Assembly (NCBI RefSeq): GCF_000009965.1
Contig: NC_006624.1
Span: 390,001-422,000 of the forward strand
Length of the DNA stretch: 32,000 bases
Direction: 5' to 3'
DNA from: Thermococcus kodakarensis KOD1
GTDB lineage: Archaea; Methanobacteriota_B; Thermococci; Thermococcales; Thermococcaceae
Shown: in pieces, positions 1 to 12,000 of the stretch
Position numbering within the stretch: the stretch's first letter is position 1
Layout of the letters: each line of letters opens with the position of its first letter
Notes under the pieces: generated by a model
Database searches by the model: none
What the model was told of the DNA's origin: nothing
The model's input: only the letters and a program-made list of their open reading frames with translations
Made by a program: the position numbers and the translations under genes

Positions 1-2619
<2,619 letters not shown>

Positions 2620-3318
2620 TCAGAGAAGCATCCTCGCGTCAACGGCAACGGCGCCGTCCTCGTAGGCGAAGATCGGGTTGATGTCGAGCTCTCTGATCTC
2701 CGGAAGCTCGAGGGCGAGCTCGCCGACCTTGACGATGATGTCAGCGAGGGCCTCGATGTCGACGGGCTTCTCGCCACGCGCTCCGGCGAGGATCGGGTAG
2801 GCCTTGATCTCCTTTATCATCTCAAGGGCCTCGTCCTTGCTTATCGGGGCAACGCGGAAGCTGACGTCCTTGAGTATCTCGACGAAGATTCCACCGAGAC
2901 CAAACATAATGGCCGGGCCGAACTGCGGGTCGCGGATCATACCGACTATAACTTCTTTGCCGAGCGGGAGCATCCTGTAGATGATGACGCCCCAGAGGTC
3001 AGCATCGGGCTTGTAGTTCCTCGCGTTCTCCATGATGGTCCTGAAGGCCTGTCTAGCTTCTTCATCGTTCTTGATGTTGACCTTGACACCACCGGCGTCG
3101 CTCTTGTGGATGATCTGCGGAGAAACGATCTTCATAACGACCGGGTAGCCGATTTCGCGAGCGAACTTTACAGCTTCTTCCTCGTTGGTGGCGACCTTGA
3201 AGTCCGGAACCGGGACGCCGTAGAGCCTGAGAATTTCCTTCGCCTCCGGCTCAACGAGCGGCCTGTTTTCGGCCTTGGCCTTCTCAATTATCTCCCTAGC
3301 CTTTGCGATCCTGTCCAT
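2620..3318 (-). CDS. acdB: ADP-forming acetyl-CoA (acyl-CoA) synthetase, beta subunit (ATP-grasp)
   Basis: 232 aa, MDRIAKAREIIEKAKAENRPLVEPEAKEILRLYGVPVP...GYPVVMKIVSPQIIHKSDAGGVKVN...ELDINPI. This matches my memory of Pyrococcus/Thermococcus ACS beta subunits. ATG 3318 is preceded by GAGGTGAT; the track's GTG at 3327 lies inside that SD. Confidence 0.8.
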   Translation of the reverse strand: MDRIAKAREIIEKAKAENRPLVEPEAKEILRLYGVPVPDFKVATNEEEAVKFAREIGYPVVMKIVSPQIIHKSDAGGVKVNIKNDEEARQAFRTIMENARNYKPDADLWGVIIYRMLPLGKEVIVGMIRDPQFGPAIMFGLGGIFVEILKDVSFRVAPISKDEALEMIKEIKAYPILAGARGEKPVDIEALADIIVKVGELALELPEIRELDINPIFAYEDGAVAVDARMLL

Positions 3319-3463
3319 ACCAATCACCTCATCAGCTTGACATTCCTCAATCAGAGCGGACGGTTAAAAGGGTTTCCATTTGCAAACCTTTGGGTTCGGC
3401 CTGGATTGAACCGATGGTGGGGGTATAAATAGTTTGAAGACGATTCCTATTGAGGTGAAAATT

Positions 3464-4756
3464 ATGGAGAAAAAGTGGGTTCTTGCCGCTGGCGCCGTTG
3501 TGATTCTTCTGCTGGCAGTCTTCTCGTTTCAGGGTGAAAGGGCAGTCGAGGGCACGACAGCGGTCGCCCTTTACAACTCCGTGGGTATAGGAGTCGTTGA
3601 AAAAACGCTGACCCTTGAGTTGAACGAGGGCCTAAACAACGTTCCCCTAAAGGAGCTGGAAGGGCTCAACGTTGCGGAAGTCACGATTATGCCCCCTGAG
3701 GGGGTTGAAGTCCTCGGAATATTCAGCAGGGGAACAAACGAAGATGCCTACAGCGCCAACGTTGGAATGGACGTTGAGGTAAAGCTGGACACCGGGGAAA
3801 CAATCCAGGGAAAGTTCTACGGCCTCAAAGACGGAAAGCTGGTGGTCGAGGGTGAGGACTACTACCTGATCGACCCGGCAAAGGTCGTTTACTTTAAGGC
3901 CTCAACCCTTGACGAGTCAAGTGTCTACGCCGTTCTCCGTGCCGAGAAAAAGGGCGAGTACAACGTCACCTTAATCTACCGCGTTGAGGGGATGAACTGG
4001 AAGAGCAGGTACAAGCTTTACATAGGAGAGAGAGCGAAACTCCAGGGATACGTCGTCATAACCAACCCGACGGCGGTTGGGCTTGAAAGCGCGGACGTTC
4101 TCCTCGTTGCGGGCGATGTTCAGCTCTACCAGACCCTACCAGGGCCGAGGGTAGTTTACTCCCTCGACGAAAAGGCATCCCAGGCCACCGTCGGAGAACC
4201 TCAGAAGCTCGAAGCGTTCTACGTCTATGCACTTGGAACGGCCAACATAAACCCGTCGAGCACGATGGTTTATCCCTACGTATCAATGGAAGTCCCGTTC
4301 CAGAGGGAGTACCTCTACGAGAGCTGGGTAGCCGACGGAGAGCGGCCGGTTTACGAGTCGATCTCCTTCAAAACGGACAAAGTCCTCCCGGCGGGCATCG
4401 TGGAAGTCTACCGCGAAAGCGAAGGAAGAGCCCTACTGATCGGTGAGATGAGCATAGAGCACACGCCGAGGGATGACGTTGTGAGAATAGGCATCGGCAG
4501 GGACTACGACCTGAAGGGAAGGACGACCGTGCTGGACGTCCAGCGGAGTGATGACAGGACGTATTACAAGATAAAGATAGAGGTCGAGAACTTTGGAAAC
4601 GATACGAAAACCGTTATTATTAGACACCACAAGAGCGGGAATCTCCTAAGCTCGAGCGTTGAACCCATTGACGAAACTGCCAGCTACGTGGAGTTCAGCC
4701 TCACCGTGAACCCTGGAGAAAAGAAGGAAGTAGTCTTTGAGTACAGTTATAAATGA
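3464..4756 (+). CDS. N-terminally membrane-anchored protein, DUF4139-like (function unknown)
   Basis: 430 aa from ATG 3464 (GAGGTGAAAATTATG). It has an N-terminal hydrophobic helix, WVLAAGAVVILLLAVFSF, and is beta-rich. The MNWKSRYKLY region resembles DUF4139 proteins as I recall them. The family assignment is tentative. Confidence 0.45.
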   Translation: MEKKWVLAAGAVVILLLAVFSFQGERAVEGTTAVALYNSVGIGVVEKTLTLELNEGLNNVPLKELEGLNVAEVTIMPPEGVEVLGIFSRGTNEDAYSANVGMDVEVKLDTGETIQGKFYGLKDGKLVVEGEDYYLIDPAKVVYFKASTLDESSVYAVLRAEKKGEYNVTLIYRVEGMNWKSRYKLYIGERAKLQGYVVITNPTAVGLESADVLLVAGDVQLYQTLPGPRVVYSLDEKASQATVGEPQKLEAFYVYALGTANINPSSTMVYPYVSMEVPFQREYLYESWVADGERPVYESISFKTDKVLPAGIVEVYRESEGRALLIGEMSIEHTPRDDVVRIGIGRDYDLKGRTTVLDVQRSDDRTYYKIKIEVENFGNDTKTVIIRHHKSGNLLSSSVEPIDETASYVEFSLTVNPGEKKEVVFEYSYK

Positions 4757-4758
4757 GA

Positions 4759-4777
4759 TTTTTTTCTCTCTGTTTTT
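4759..4777 (+). terminator. oligo-T archaeal terminator candidate
   Basis: T7 run followed by a T5 run (TTTTTTTCTCTCTGTTTTT), starting 3 nt after the stop at 4756. Confidence 0.5.
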
Positions 4778-4908
4778 AGATTTAGGTATTCTTAATCCCT
4801 AGCACTTAAACATTATTTACAACTTAATGATTTTCAATATGACAGATCATAAACTTTAAATTGATACCTAGATTTATAGAGTGCCGACAAACTCCGGAGG
4901 TGGCTACA

Positions 4909-7900
4909 ATGACCACAAGAAAACGTGCTAGCGTTCTGTTAGTGATGATGTTGTTCTTGGCAATTGTGCCATATAAAGCATCCGCAGGCAACAGCATCCA
5001 AGGTTACTTTACTACAATAAAGAGTACGGTGAAAACATTCTTCGGGGGAGATTACAACGGGTGGAACCCACAACTTAAGATAGTTCCCGGGTCAGAGGTC
5101 AGGATTTCAAGAGACGAGATACGAGTCGGTGCAGACTTCTTCAAAGAAGAGTATTCTGGCGTTAAAGGTGGTAAAGGATATTACCTAATCGCTTATGGCA
5201 CCGTGAAGAGCTATCTAGACAGTATTGCCACAAACTGGCCCGGAGATGACAGAAGTCCTCTCTGGCACATGAACATCCAGACATACGACTCGGACTATTC
5301 AACAGATCTGTTCAGTGAGATCCTTGCAATCGAGATTCTAAGAACTCTGCTCCCGGAATACAACGGAGTTGATCTAAAGGCCGTGGCCAATGGTAGGTTT
5401 GAAGATATAAACTCGAAGTACTCAACCCTCGGCAAATCTGATGTCATGAAATGGATTCAGAAAATATCAAACCCCCAAGTTATGCAAGTGATCGCCCGCA
5501 GGATGAATGATTTTGCTGGCGGGATACCTAATAGGAATCTATCTACAATCCCCGACATCTATGGTGCTCCATACAGAACGGCAGTTTTGGTGGCTCTAGT
5601 TGAAGAAGTAGATCCTCAGCTTTCAGAAGAGGTTCCATTTGATATTCCCGGGGAAATTCTCGAACTAGCCAGAGTGTATGTTGGACAGAATCGGGGCTGG
5701 GACTACCTTAATCGTGCAACCATGGCACTTCCCATACTTCCCATAAAGCACCTAAGCATTACTATCCTTGGCACCAATTACACCATAGGAAACGGGATCG
5801 ATGTTCTCATGATAGACACCACAAATAGAGAATACCTTCTTGGCCTCTGGAACGGGACTGACTACTCGGTTATCCTGAAGATAAAATACCTGAACGCAAC
5901 TAACCTAGCAATAACACCCGTAAAATATGCAGAAAGAGCTGGGGCTATTCTCCATGCAGGAGAATACCCTGTCACACTAACTCCAAGTTCAATTGGCAGG
6001 ACTATAAAGACCCCCCTCGCAGGATTCCCCTGGGAATTAAGTGAAGTTGTTATGTACTGGACAGGTAACCCAACCAGTTATCTGAACTACAACATCAAGA
6101 AAGAGGGGAACTCCTACGTTTATGAAGGCGATCCAGGAGGTCTCAGGATAACACCCCTTGCAGAAGGCTCGTTCCTTGTGACATTCACGAACAGGGATGG
6201 CTTTACATTCATATTTGGAAACGCCGCAATTAACGTAACAGGGGACATGAAAGGAAAGACGTACCTTGTATATCCAAGAGAAGGGGCCATAATCCAGTGG
6301 AACTCTATTCAGATGCCCACAACGGCTTTGATAAGTGCAAACTCCTTTGATAACTGGCATGTTGTGGGCAACGCATATGTGGATCCAACCATTAACGCCA
6401 TCGTGTTAACTCCAGATCAGGGATACAAAGCGGGAGCAACGTGGTATCTGATCCCAGTAGATCTAACGATGACCTTCCAAGCTAGGGCAAAGTTCTATTC
6501 AGGTCGCTGTGGAGGGGGAGATGGCATTTGGGTTGGATTCCAGAACGCTGGTACTAATGTTGTTGGCGGAACCGGCAGTGGTGTTGGTATTAGTGGTATT
6601 TGGCCAGCAGTAGGATTTAGAATATGGGAAATCGGAAGAAGCGTTGATCTCTATCTAAACGGCAACTTCCAAGAGATTACAAGCGGTGTTTGCTTCGCAG
6701 ACGAAAAAGAACATGATATGTTGTTCTATTGGGACCCCGATACAGAGACACTTGGCATCAAAATTGATAACACTTATGAATACACTAAGAACATAGACCT
6801 GATATCCGAACTGGGACAGACCGCATACTTTGGATTCACCGGTGGTACTGGCGGTGCCCGTAATCTGCACTACGTAAAGCCAATATTCGTTGGAGTATCT
6901 CTGGAAGACCTCAAAGACCTCATTGAAAGCACTCGCGAATTCCTTCAGAATGTCTCCTCCCTTGGTGTTGATGTCAGCGATCTCATGACAACGCTCAGCT
7001 CAGCGGAGGAATCTCTTCAAGGTGTTGATCCTTCAGACACACGTACGATTTCAAAGATTTCTAAAGAAGTAGCAGGAATACAGACCGAAGCTATAACAAG
7101 GCTCGCCAACAAAGTTGCAGATCTGTATTACAAAGTCTCTCTCGCCAGATCAGTTGGTCTGAGCGATATCTCATTGGATGTTAACTTTGAGTCAGGTAAG
7201 AATTCAATGATATCCGGTGACTTAACCAATGCATTAAAGTACCTTAACGATGCATTTAATGAAGCAAATTCAATGGCCAAAGAGTCCCTCGATGAGATAG
7301 AGCAGAACATAACATCGTTGATGTCAGAGGCCATCAAGTACGGAGTAGCTATAGGCGACCTTAAGGATAGACAAAAAATCATTGAGGCTTCGAAGTCTCA
7401 AGGAGACTACGTATCCGCGTACGTCGAAGCAATGAAAATATATAAGCAACTCTCAAAGAAAGTTGAAATTGCAAAGCAGAAGACCACAGAACAAACAACC
7501 ACAACACAATCGAATAATAAAACTCTAGAACAGAAAACAGAAGAGACAACAACCACTCAAAGAACCTCTGAGAGTTCTCCTGAAAGCGCTACCACCGAGT
7601 ATCCACTTAAAGTTGGAGACTGGGCAAAGTACAAACTCAAGTTCGAAGCATCAGGAGACAACGAGAAGATCTCGGGATCAATAGAGTACAAAGTCGTCGT
7701 CATAAATGTGGATGATCAGGGGTTCACCATTAGGTTTGAAGACGTCAAAGGAGATCTGGACAAATACAAGAAGTTATGGGGCGATGAAGGAAAAATCAAA
7801 GAAGGTGATACCCTAACCATTCCGTGGGATGTGGAACCAGGAGATAACAACATTTACGCAGACCCCAAAAAATTGCCAGAGGACGGAAAAGTTAAGAATA

Positions 7901-8115
7901 TGATAGAAACATGGGAATATGATACGAGAACAGGCTTGCTAAAGAGTTACAAGGGATCAGTAGATCTATTCGGTGTAAAGATCAGCGAGGAGATTCATCT
8001 GGAATCATCCAACGCTGTCAAAGGTGGCAGTTCCGGCAGTGGAGGAATATGTGGGCCCGCAATGTTCATTACTCTAGCGCTAGTTCCTCTAATCCTCAGA
8101 AAAAAGCGATTTTGA
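4909..8115 (+). CDS. large secreted surface protein: signal peptide, legume-lectin/ConA-like domain, helical region, Thr-rich stalk, CGP-CTERM anchor
   Basis: 1068 aa from ATG 4909 (GGAGGTGGCTACAATG). Signal peptide is MTTRKRASVLLVMMLFLAIVPYKASA. The lectin-like block (~6340-6895) reads NWHVVGNAYVD...GDGIWVGFQN...AYFGFTGGTGGARNLHYV. The Thr-rich linker (~7481-7597) reads KTTEQTTTTQSNNKTLEQKTEETTTTQRTSESSPESATT. The C-terminus GGSSGSGGICGPAMFITLALVPLILRKKRF fits the Thermococcales CGP-CTERM sorting signal (Cys-Gly-Pro, then TM, then basic tail). Confidence 0.75.
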   Translation: MTTRKRASVLLVMMLFLAIVPYKASAGNSIQGYFTTIKSTVKTFFGGDYNGWNPQLKIVPGSEVRISRDEIRVGADFFKEEYSGVKGGKGYYLIAYGTVKSYLDSIATNWPGDDRSPLWHMNIQTYDSDYSTDLFSEILAIEILRTLLPEYNGVDLKAVANGRFEDINSKYSTLGKSDVMKWIQKISNPQVMQVIARRMNDFAGGIPNRNLSTIPDIYGAPYRTAVLVALVEEVDPQLSEEVPFDIPGEILELARVYVGQNRGWDYLNRATMALPILPIKHLSITILGTNYTIGNGIDVLMIDTTNREYLLGLWNGTDYSVILKIKYLNATNLAITPVKYAERAGAILHAGEYPVTLTPSSIGRTIKTPLAGFPWELSEVVMYWTGNPTSYLNYNIKKEGNSYVYEGDPGGLRITPLAEGSFLVTFTNRDGFTFIFGNAAINVTGDMKGKTYLVYPREGAIIQWNSIQMPTTALISANSFDNWHVVGNAYVDPTINAIVLTPDQGYKAGATWYLIPVDLTMTFQARAKFYSGRCGGGDGIWVGFQNAGTNVVGGTGSGVGISGIWPAVGFRIWEIGRSVDLYLNGNFQEITSGVCFADEKEHDMLFYWDPDTETLGIKIDNTYEYTKNIDLISELGQTAYFGFTGGTGGARNLHYVKPIFVGVSLEDLKDLIESTREFLQNVSSLGVDVSDLMTTLSSAEESLQGVDPSDTRTISKISKEVAGIQTEAITRLANKVADLYYKVSLARSVGLSDISLDVNFESGKNSMISGDLTNALKYLNDAFNEANSMAKESLDEIEQNITSLMSEAIKYGVAIGDLKDRQKIIEASKSQGDYVSAYVEAMKIYKQLSKKVEIAKQKTTEQTTTTQSNNKTLEQKTEETTTTQRTSESSPESATTEYPLKVGDWAKYKLKFEASGDNEKISGSIEYKVVVINVDDQGFTIRFEDVKGDLDKYKKLWGDEGKIKEGDTLTIPWDVEPGDNNIYADPKKLPEDGKVKNMIETWEYDTRTGLLKSYKGSVDLFGVKISEEIHLESSNAVKGGSSGSGGICGPAMFITLALVPLILRKKRF

Positions 8116-8116
8116 A

Positions 8117-8139
8117 TTTTTTCTCTTATTGCCTTTTTT
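8117..8139. terminator. oligo-T terminator candidate between convergent genes
   Basis: Two T6 runs (TTTTTTCTCTTATTGCCTTTTTT) directly after the stop at 8115. Confidence 0.45.
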
Positions 8140-8183
8140 CTCGATCCTCTTAACTAAAGGTATAGGGGTTAAGTAAATAGAGG

Positions 8184-8477
8184 TTAGCTCTTCCTCAGTA
8201 TTATCTCAAAGCTCCTGTCTCCTTTCGTTATTTCCATTACAAGGCTCTTGTCGTAGTCTATGAACTTGGTGCTCACGATAGAATAGCCGTTCTGCTTGAG
8301 GAAGTCCGCCATCTGGAGGCCGAGATCTTCGAACATCTCAGCCGCCATTGTGGCGAGACTCGGTTCCTTTACCCCAAGTTCGTCGTGATAGCGCCGGGCG
8401 AGTTCAAAAACGTCCACCATGTTCACCACCAGGAATAATAAGTCATCAGAGCCTATAAACCTTCCCTCCGAAACCAT
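8184..8477 (-). CDS. small hypothetical protein (97 aa)
   Basis: The ORF has normal local composition. ATG 8477 is preceded by GGAGAGGG; the track start at 8495 is a TTG. I recognise no motif. Confidence 0.5.
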   Translation of the reverse strand: MVSEGRFIGSDDLLFLVVNMVDVFELARRYHDELGVKEPSLATMAAEMFEDLGLQMADFLKQNGYSIVSTKFIDYDKSLVMEITKGDRSFEIILRKS

Positions 8478-8516
8478 TTTAAACGCCCTCTCCAATAACC
8501 AGCCTCAGTGGTAAAA

Positions 8517-9017
8517 ATGGGAAGCGTCCTGTGGGTTCTGAAGAGCGGGAAAAAGATCCACGGCAAGGTGCTGGGCCTGTACCCGTACTACGTCGAGATT
8601 GACCTGTCCACCGGTGAAGGCCTCTGCACCTGTTCGAAGGGCGGCAACTGCGAACACGTTGAAGCCGTTAGGAGGGCGTACGAAAACGGTGCATACTTTT
8701 CAGAGAACTCCAAACTGGCCGAGGTTAACCCTGAGGCCGTTGTCTGGGAATTTCTAATTGAAGTGCCGACTCTCGCCGTCGAAGTTTCGGTGAAGGAGCT
8801 GATATCAGCCCTGAAGCGCGACGAGAGTGGAAGCGAAACGGCGAGGCTTTTCTTCAGGACTATGAAACTCATTGAGCTTTCCGGGCGGGAGGAATACCTC
8901 CACGTTTTGGAAGAGGCCTTTGAGGAGTTCGCGCGGGTGTTCCCTGATTACCCCCTGACTGAAAAGATCGAGAAAGAACTTGAAGCCCTGAAAGGCAGAA
9001 CCAGAAAAGCCTTATAA
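8517..9017 (+). CDS. SWIM zinc-finger domain protein
   Basis: [12 protein letters not shown] matches the SWIM CxC...CxH signature. 166 aa from ATG 8517 (GTG 8508 is also possible). It ends 38 nt upstream of reverse gyrase on the same strand. Confidence 0.65.
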   Translation: MGSVLWVLKSGKKIHGKVLGLYPYYVEIDLSTGEGLCTCSKGGNCEHVEAVRRAYENGAYFSENSKLAEVNPEAVVWEFLIEVPTLAVEVSVKELISALKRDESGSETARLFFRTMKLIELSGREEYLHVLEEAFEEFARVFPDYPLTEKIEKELEALKGRTRKAL

Positions 9018-9055
9018 ATTCTCCTTTTCCAGAGAAAGACTTAGAGGGTGGGGCC

Positions 9056-12000
9056 ATGAAAGCCGTATACAGGGAGATGTGCCCAAACTGCTGGGGGAGA
9101 ATATCCGACGAAAGGCTCGTAATGAGGAACCCGTGTGAAGAATGCCTCGACGAACCCGTTCACGCTGACTCCTACTTCCAGCTCGTTTCTGCGGTGAGGA
9201 ATGCGCTTAAACTCAGGGGCACTCTCAAGGAGTGGGAGAAAATATACCAGCTTGAGAACCAGACGAGGGAGATAGAGGAGTTCTTCAAGAAAGCCACAGG
9301 CTTTACGTTCTGGAGCGCCCAGAGGACTTGGGTAAAGAGGCTTCTCAAGGGGAGGAGCTTCTCCATCATAGCGCCTACTGGAATGGGTAAGAGCACCTTT
9401 GGCGCCTTCATGGCCGTCTGGCACGCTCTAAAGGGCAAGAAGAGCTACATAGTAGTCCCAACAACTCCTCTCGTCATCCAGACCGTCAGGAAGATAGAGG
9501 GTATAATGGAGAACGCGAACGCCGACGTCAGGCTCGCCTACTACCACGGGAACCTCAGGAAGAAGGAAAAAGAGGAGATGCTTGAGAGAATCAAAAACGA
9601 GGACTACGACATCCTTGTAACCAGCGCCCAGTGGCTGGCCAGGAACTACGAAGAGGTTCTGAAGGGCAGGCACTTCGACTTCATATTCGTTGACGATGTT
9701 GACGCTTTCCTTAAGGCGAGCAAGAACATAGACCGCTCCCTTTATCTCCTCGGCTTTACGGATGAGATAATCCAGAAGGCCTGGGAAATAATCAGGCTGA
9801 AGAAGCAGATGTCAAGATACCTGAACGGGAACTCAGAGGACAGAAATGAGAAGCTGAACGGGCTTAACAGGGAAATAGAAAAGCTTCAGAGGGAGATAGA
9901 AAAGTTCAAGCGGAAGAACAAGATTGGAATAATGATAATCGCATCTGCCACGGGTTCCGCGAGGGGCGACAGGATAAAGCTCTACCGCGAGCTTCTGGGC
10001 TTTGAAGTCGGAAGCGGAAGGAGCGCCCTTAGGAATGTCGTTGACAGCTACCTCAAGCCAACTAAAGACATTAAGGAGCACGTTGAGGAGCTTCTCACAA
10101 GGCTCGGAAAGGGCGGCCTGATATTCGTCCCAGTTGATCAGGGTCTTGGCTACGCTGAGGAATTAGCTAATTATCTCAGCGAGAAGGGCTTTAAGATAGA
10201 GCTCGTCTCGTCCAAGAACAAGAAGGCCCTTGAGAAATTCGAGAACGGCGAGGCGGACTACCTGATAGGTTCTGCCACCTATTACGGCTCCCTCGTCAGG
10301 GGTATTGACCTACCGCACCTCATACGCTACGCCGTCTTCACGGGCGTTCCGAAGTTCCGCTTTAGTATAGACCTTGAGAGACCAACCATATATCGTGCCC
10401 TAGGCCTGCTCAGCGAGATAATGGACTTCCTCAGTGAGGAAGACAGGAGGCAAGCCGAAAAGCTCCACGCCCGCTTGAGGAGGCTCATAAGGAACATCCC
10501 GCAGTTCGAGCTCCTAAAGATTGAAGAGGCCCTTGCCGAGGGTCTCCCGATAGAAAACGAGTTCCACAACCACGTCCTCGGCGTTTTCCGCGAGCTGGTG
10601 GAGTTCCTGAGGAGGGTTCTCAGAGACGAGGAAGTCCTTAGAAAGCTCGCCGAAGATCCGTTCATAAGCCTGGTCAAGGAAGAGGGCAAGTGGTACATTG
10701 AGATACCCGACGTCAGAACCTACATCCAGGCAACGGGAAGGACGAGCAGGCTCTTCGCGGGAGGAATCACGAAGGGTCTGAGCGTCCTCATAGTGGACAA
10801 CGAGAAGGTCTTCAACGGCCTCGTCAGGCAGATGCGCTGGCGTTTCCAGGAGTTCAAGATGGTTCCATTCGAGGAGCTTGACCTCGATGAGATTCTCAGG
10901 CAGATAGACGAGGACAGAGAGAAGGTCAGGCTCGTTATGGAGGGCAAAATAAGCGCCAAAGTCAAAGACCTCGTCAGGTCTGCCCTCATGATAGTCGAGA
11001 GCCCGAACAAGGCCAGAACTATAGCGAACTTCTTCGGTCAGCCGAGCAAGACGAGGATAGGGGACCTGGTCGCCTACGAGATAAGCGTTGGGGACAGGAT
11101 GCTGACGATTCTGGCCAGCGGAGGTCATATGTTCGACCTCGTCACGAACGAGGGCTATCACGGCGTTCTAATCCAGAACGAGGGTGACATGCTGAAGTTC
11201 ATTCCCGTTTACGACACCCTCAAGAGATGCCGTGACTGCGGCCACCAGTTCGTGGACTGGGAGAAGAAAGGGGTGTGCCCGCGCTGTGGCTCTACTAATG
11301 TCAGGGACGCCCTTGAGAACGTCATTGCTATGCGCGAGATAGCACAGGAAGTTGATGAAATCCTCATAGCGACCGACCCCGATACCGAGGGTGAGAAGAT
11401 AGCCTGGGACATCAGGAACGTCCTCGCCCCGTACACGCCCAACATAAAGCGCATAGAGTTCCACGAGGTAACGAGGCCGGCCATAATGAAGGCCATCCAG
11501 GAGGCGAGAGATGTCAACGAGAACCGCGTCAACGCGCAGATCGTTAGGAGAATCGAGGACAGATGGATAGGCTTCGAGCTGAGCCAGGAGCTCCAGAGGG
11601 TCTTTGAGAGCTACAACCTGTCAGCAGGAAGAGTTCAGACACCGGTTCTCGGCTGGATAATCGAGCGCTATAAGGAGTTCACGGAGAGCGAAGTTTACTT
11701 CCTCGGCCTGACCCTTGAGAACGGCTTACAGGTAACTATTGAACTCGGAAAAGACGGCAAAGACGTAGAGCCGCCTGAATACGTCACCGTCGAGGAAGTC
11801 CAGCTCGAGGAGAGGGAACTCAACCCAGCTCCACCATATACTACGGACGCGATGCTGAAAGATGCTTCGACCTTCCTGAAGCTTTCGGCTCCCGAAACGA
11901 TGAGGCTCGCACAGGATCTCTTCGAGGCAGGTCTCTGCGTCACACCCGATACTCTCGTTAGCCTTGCCGACGGAAGGATCATGGAGATAAAGGATGCGGT

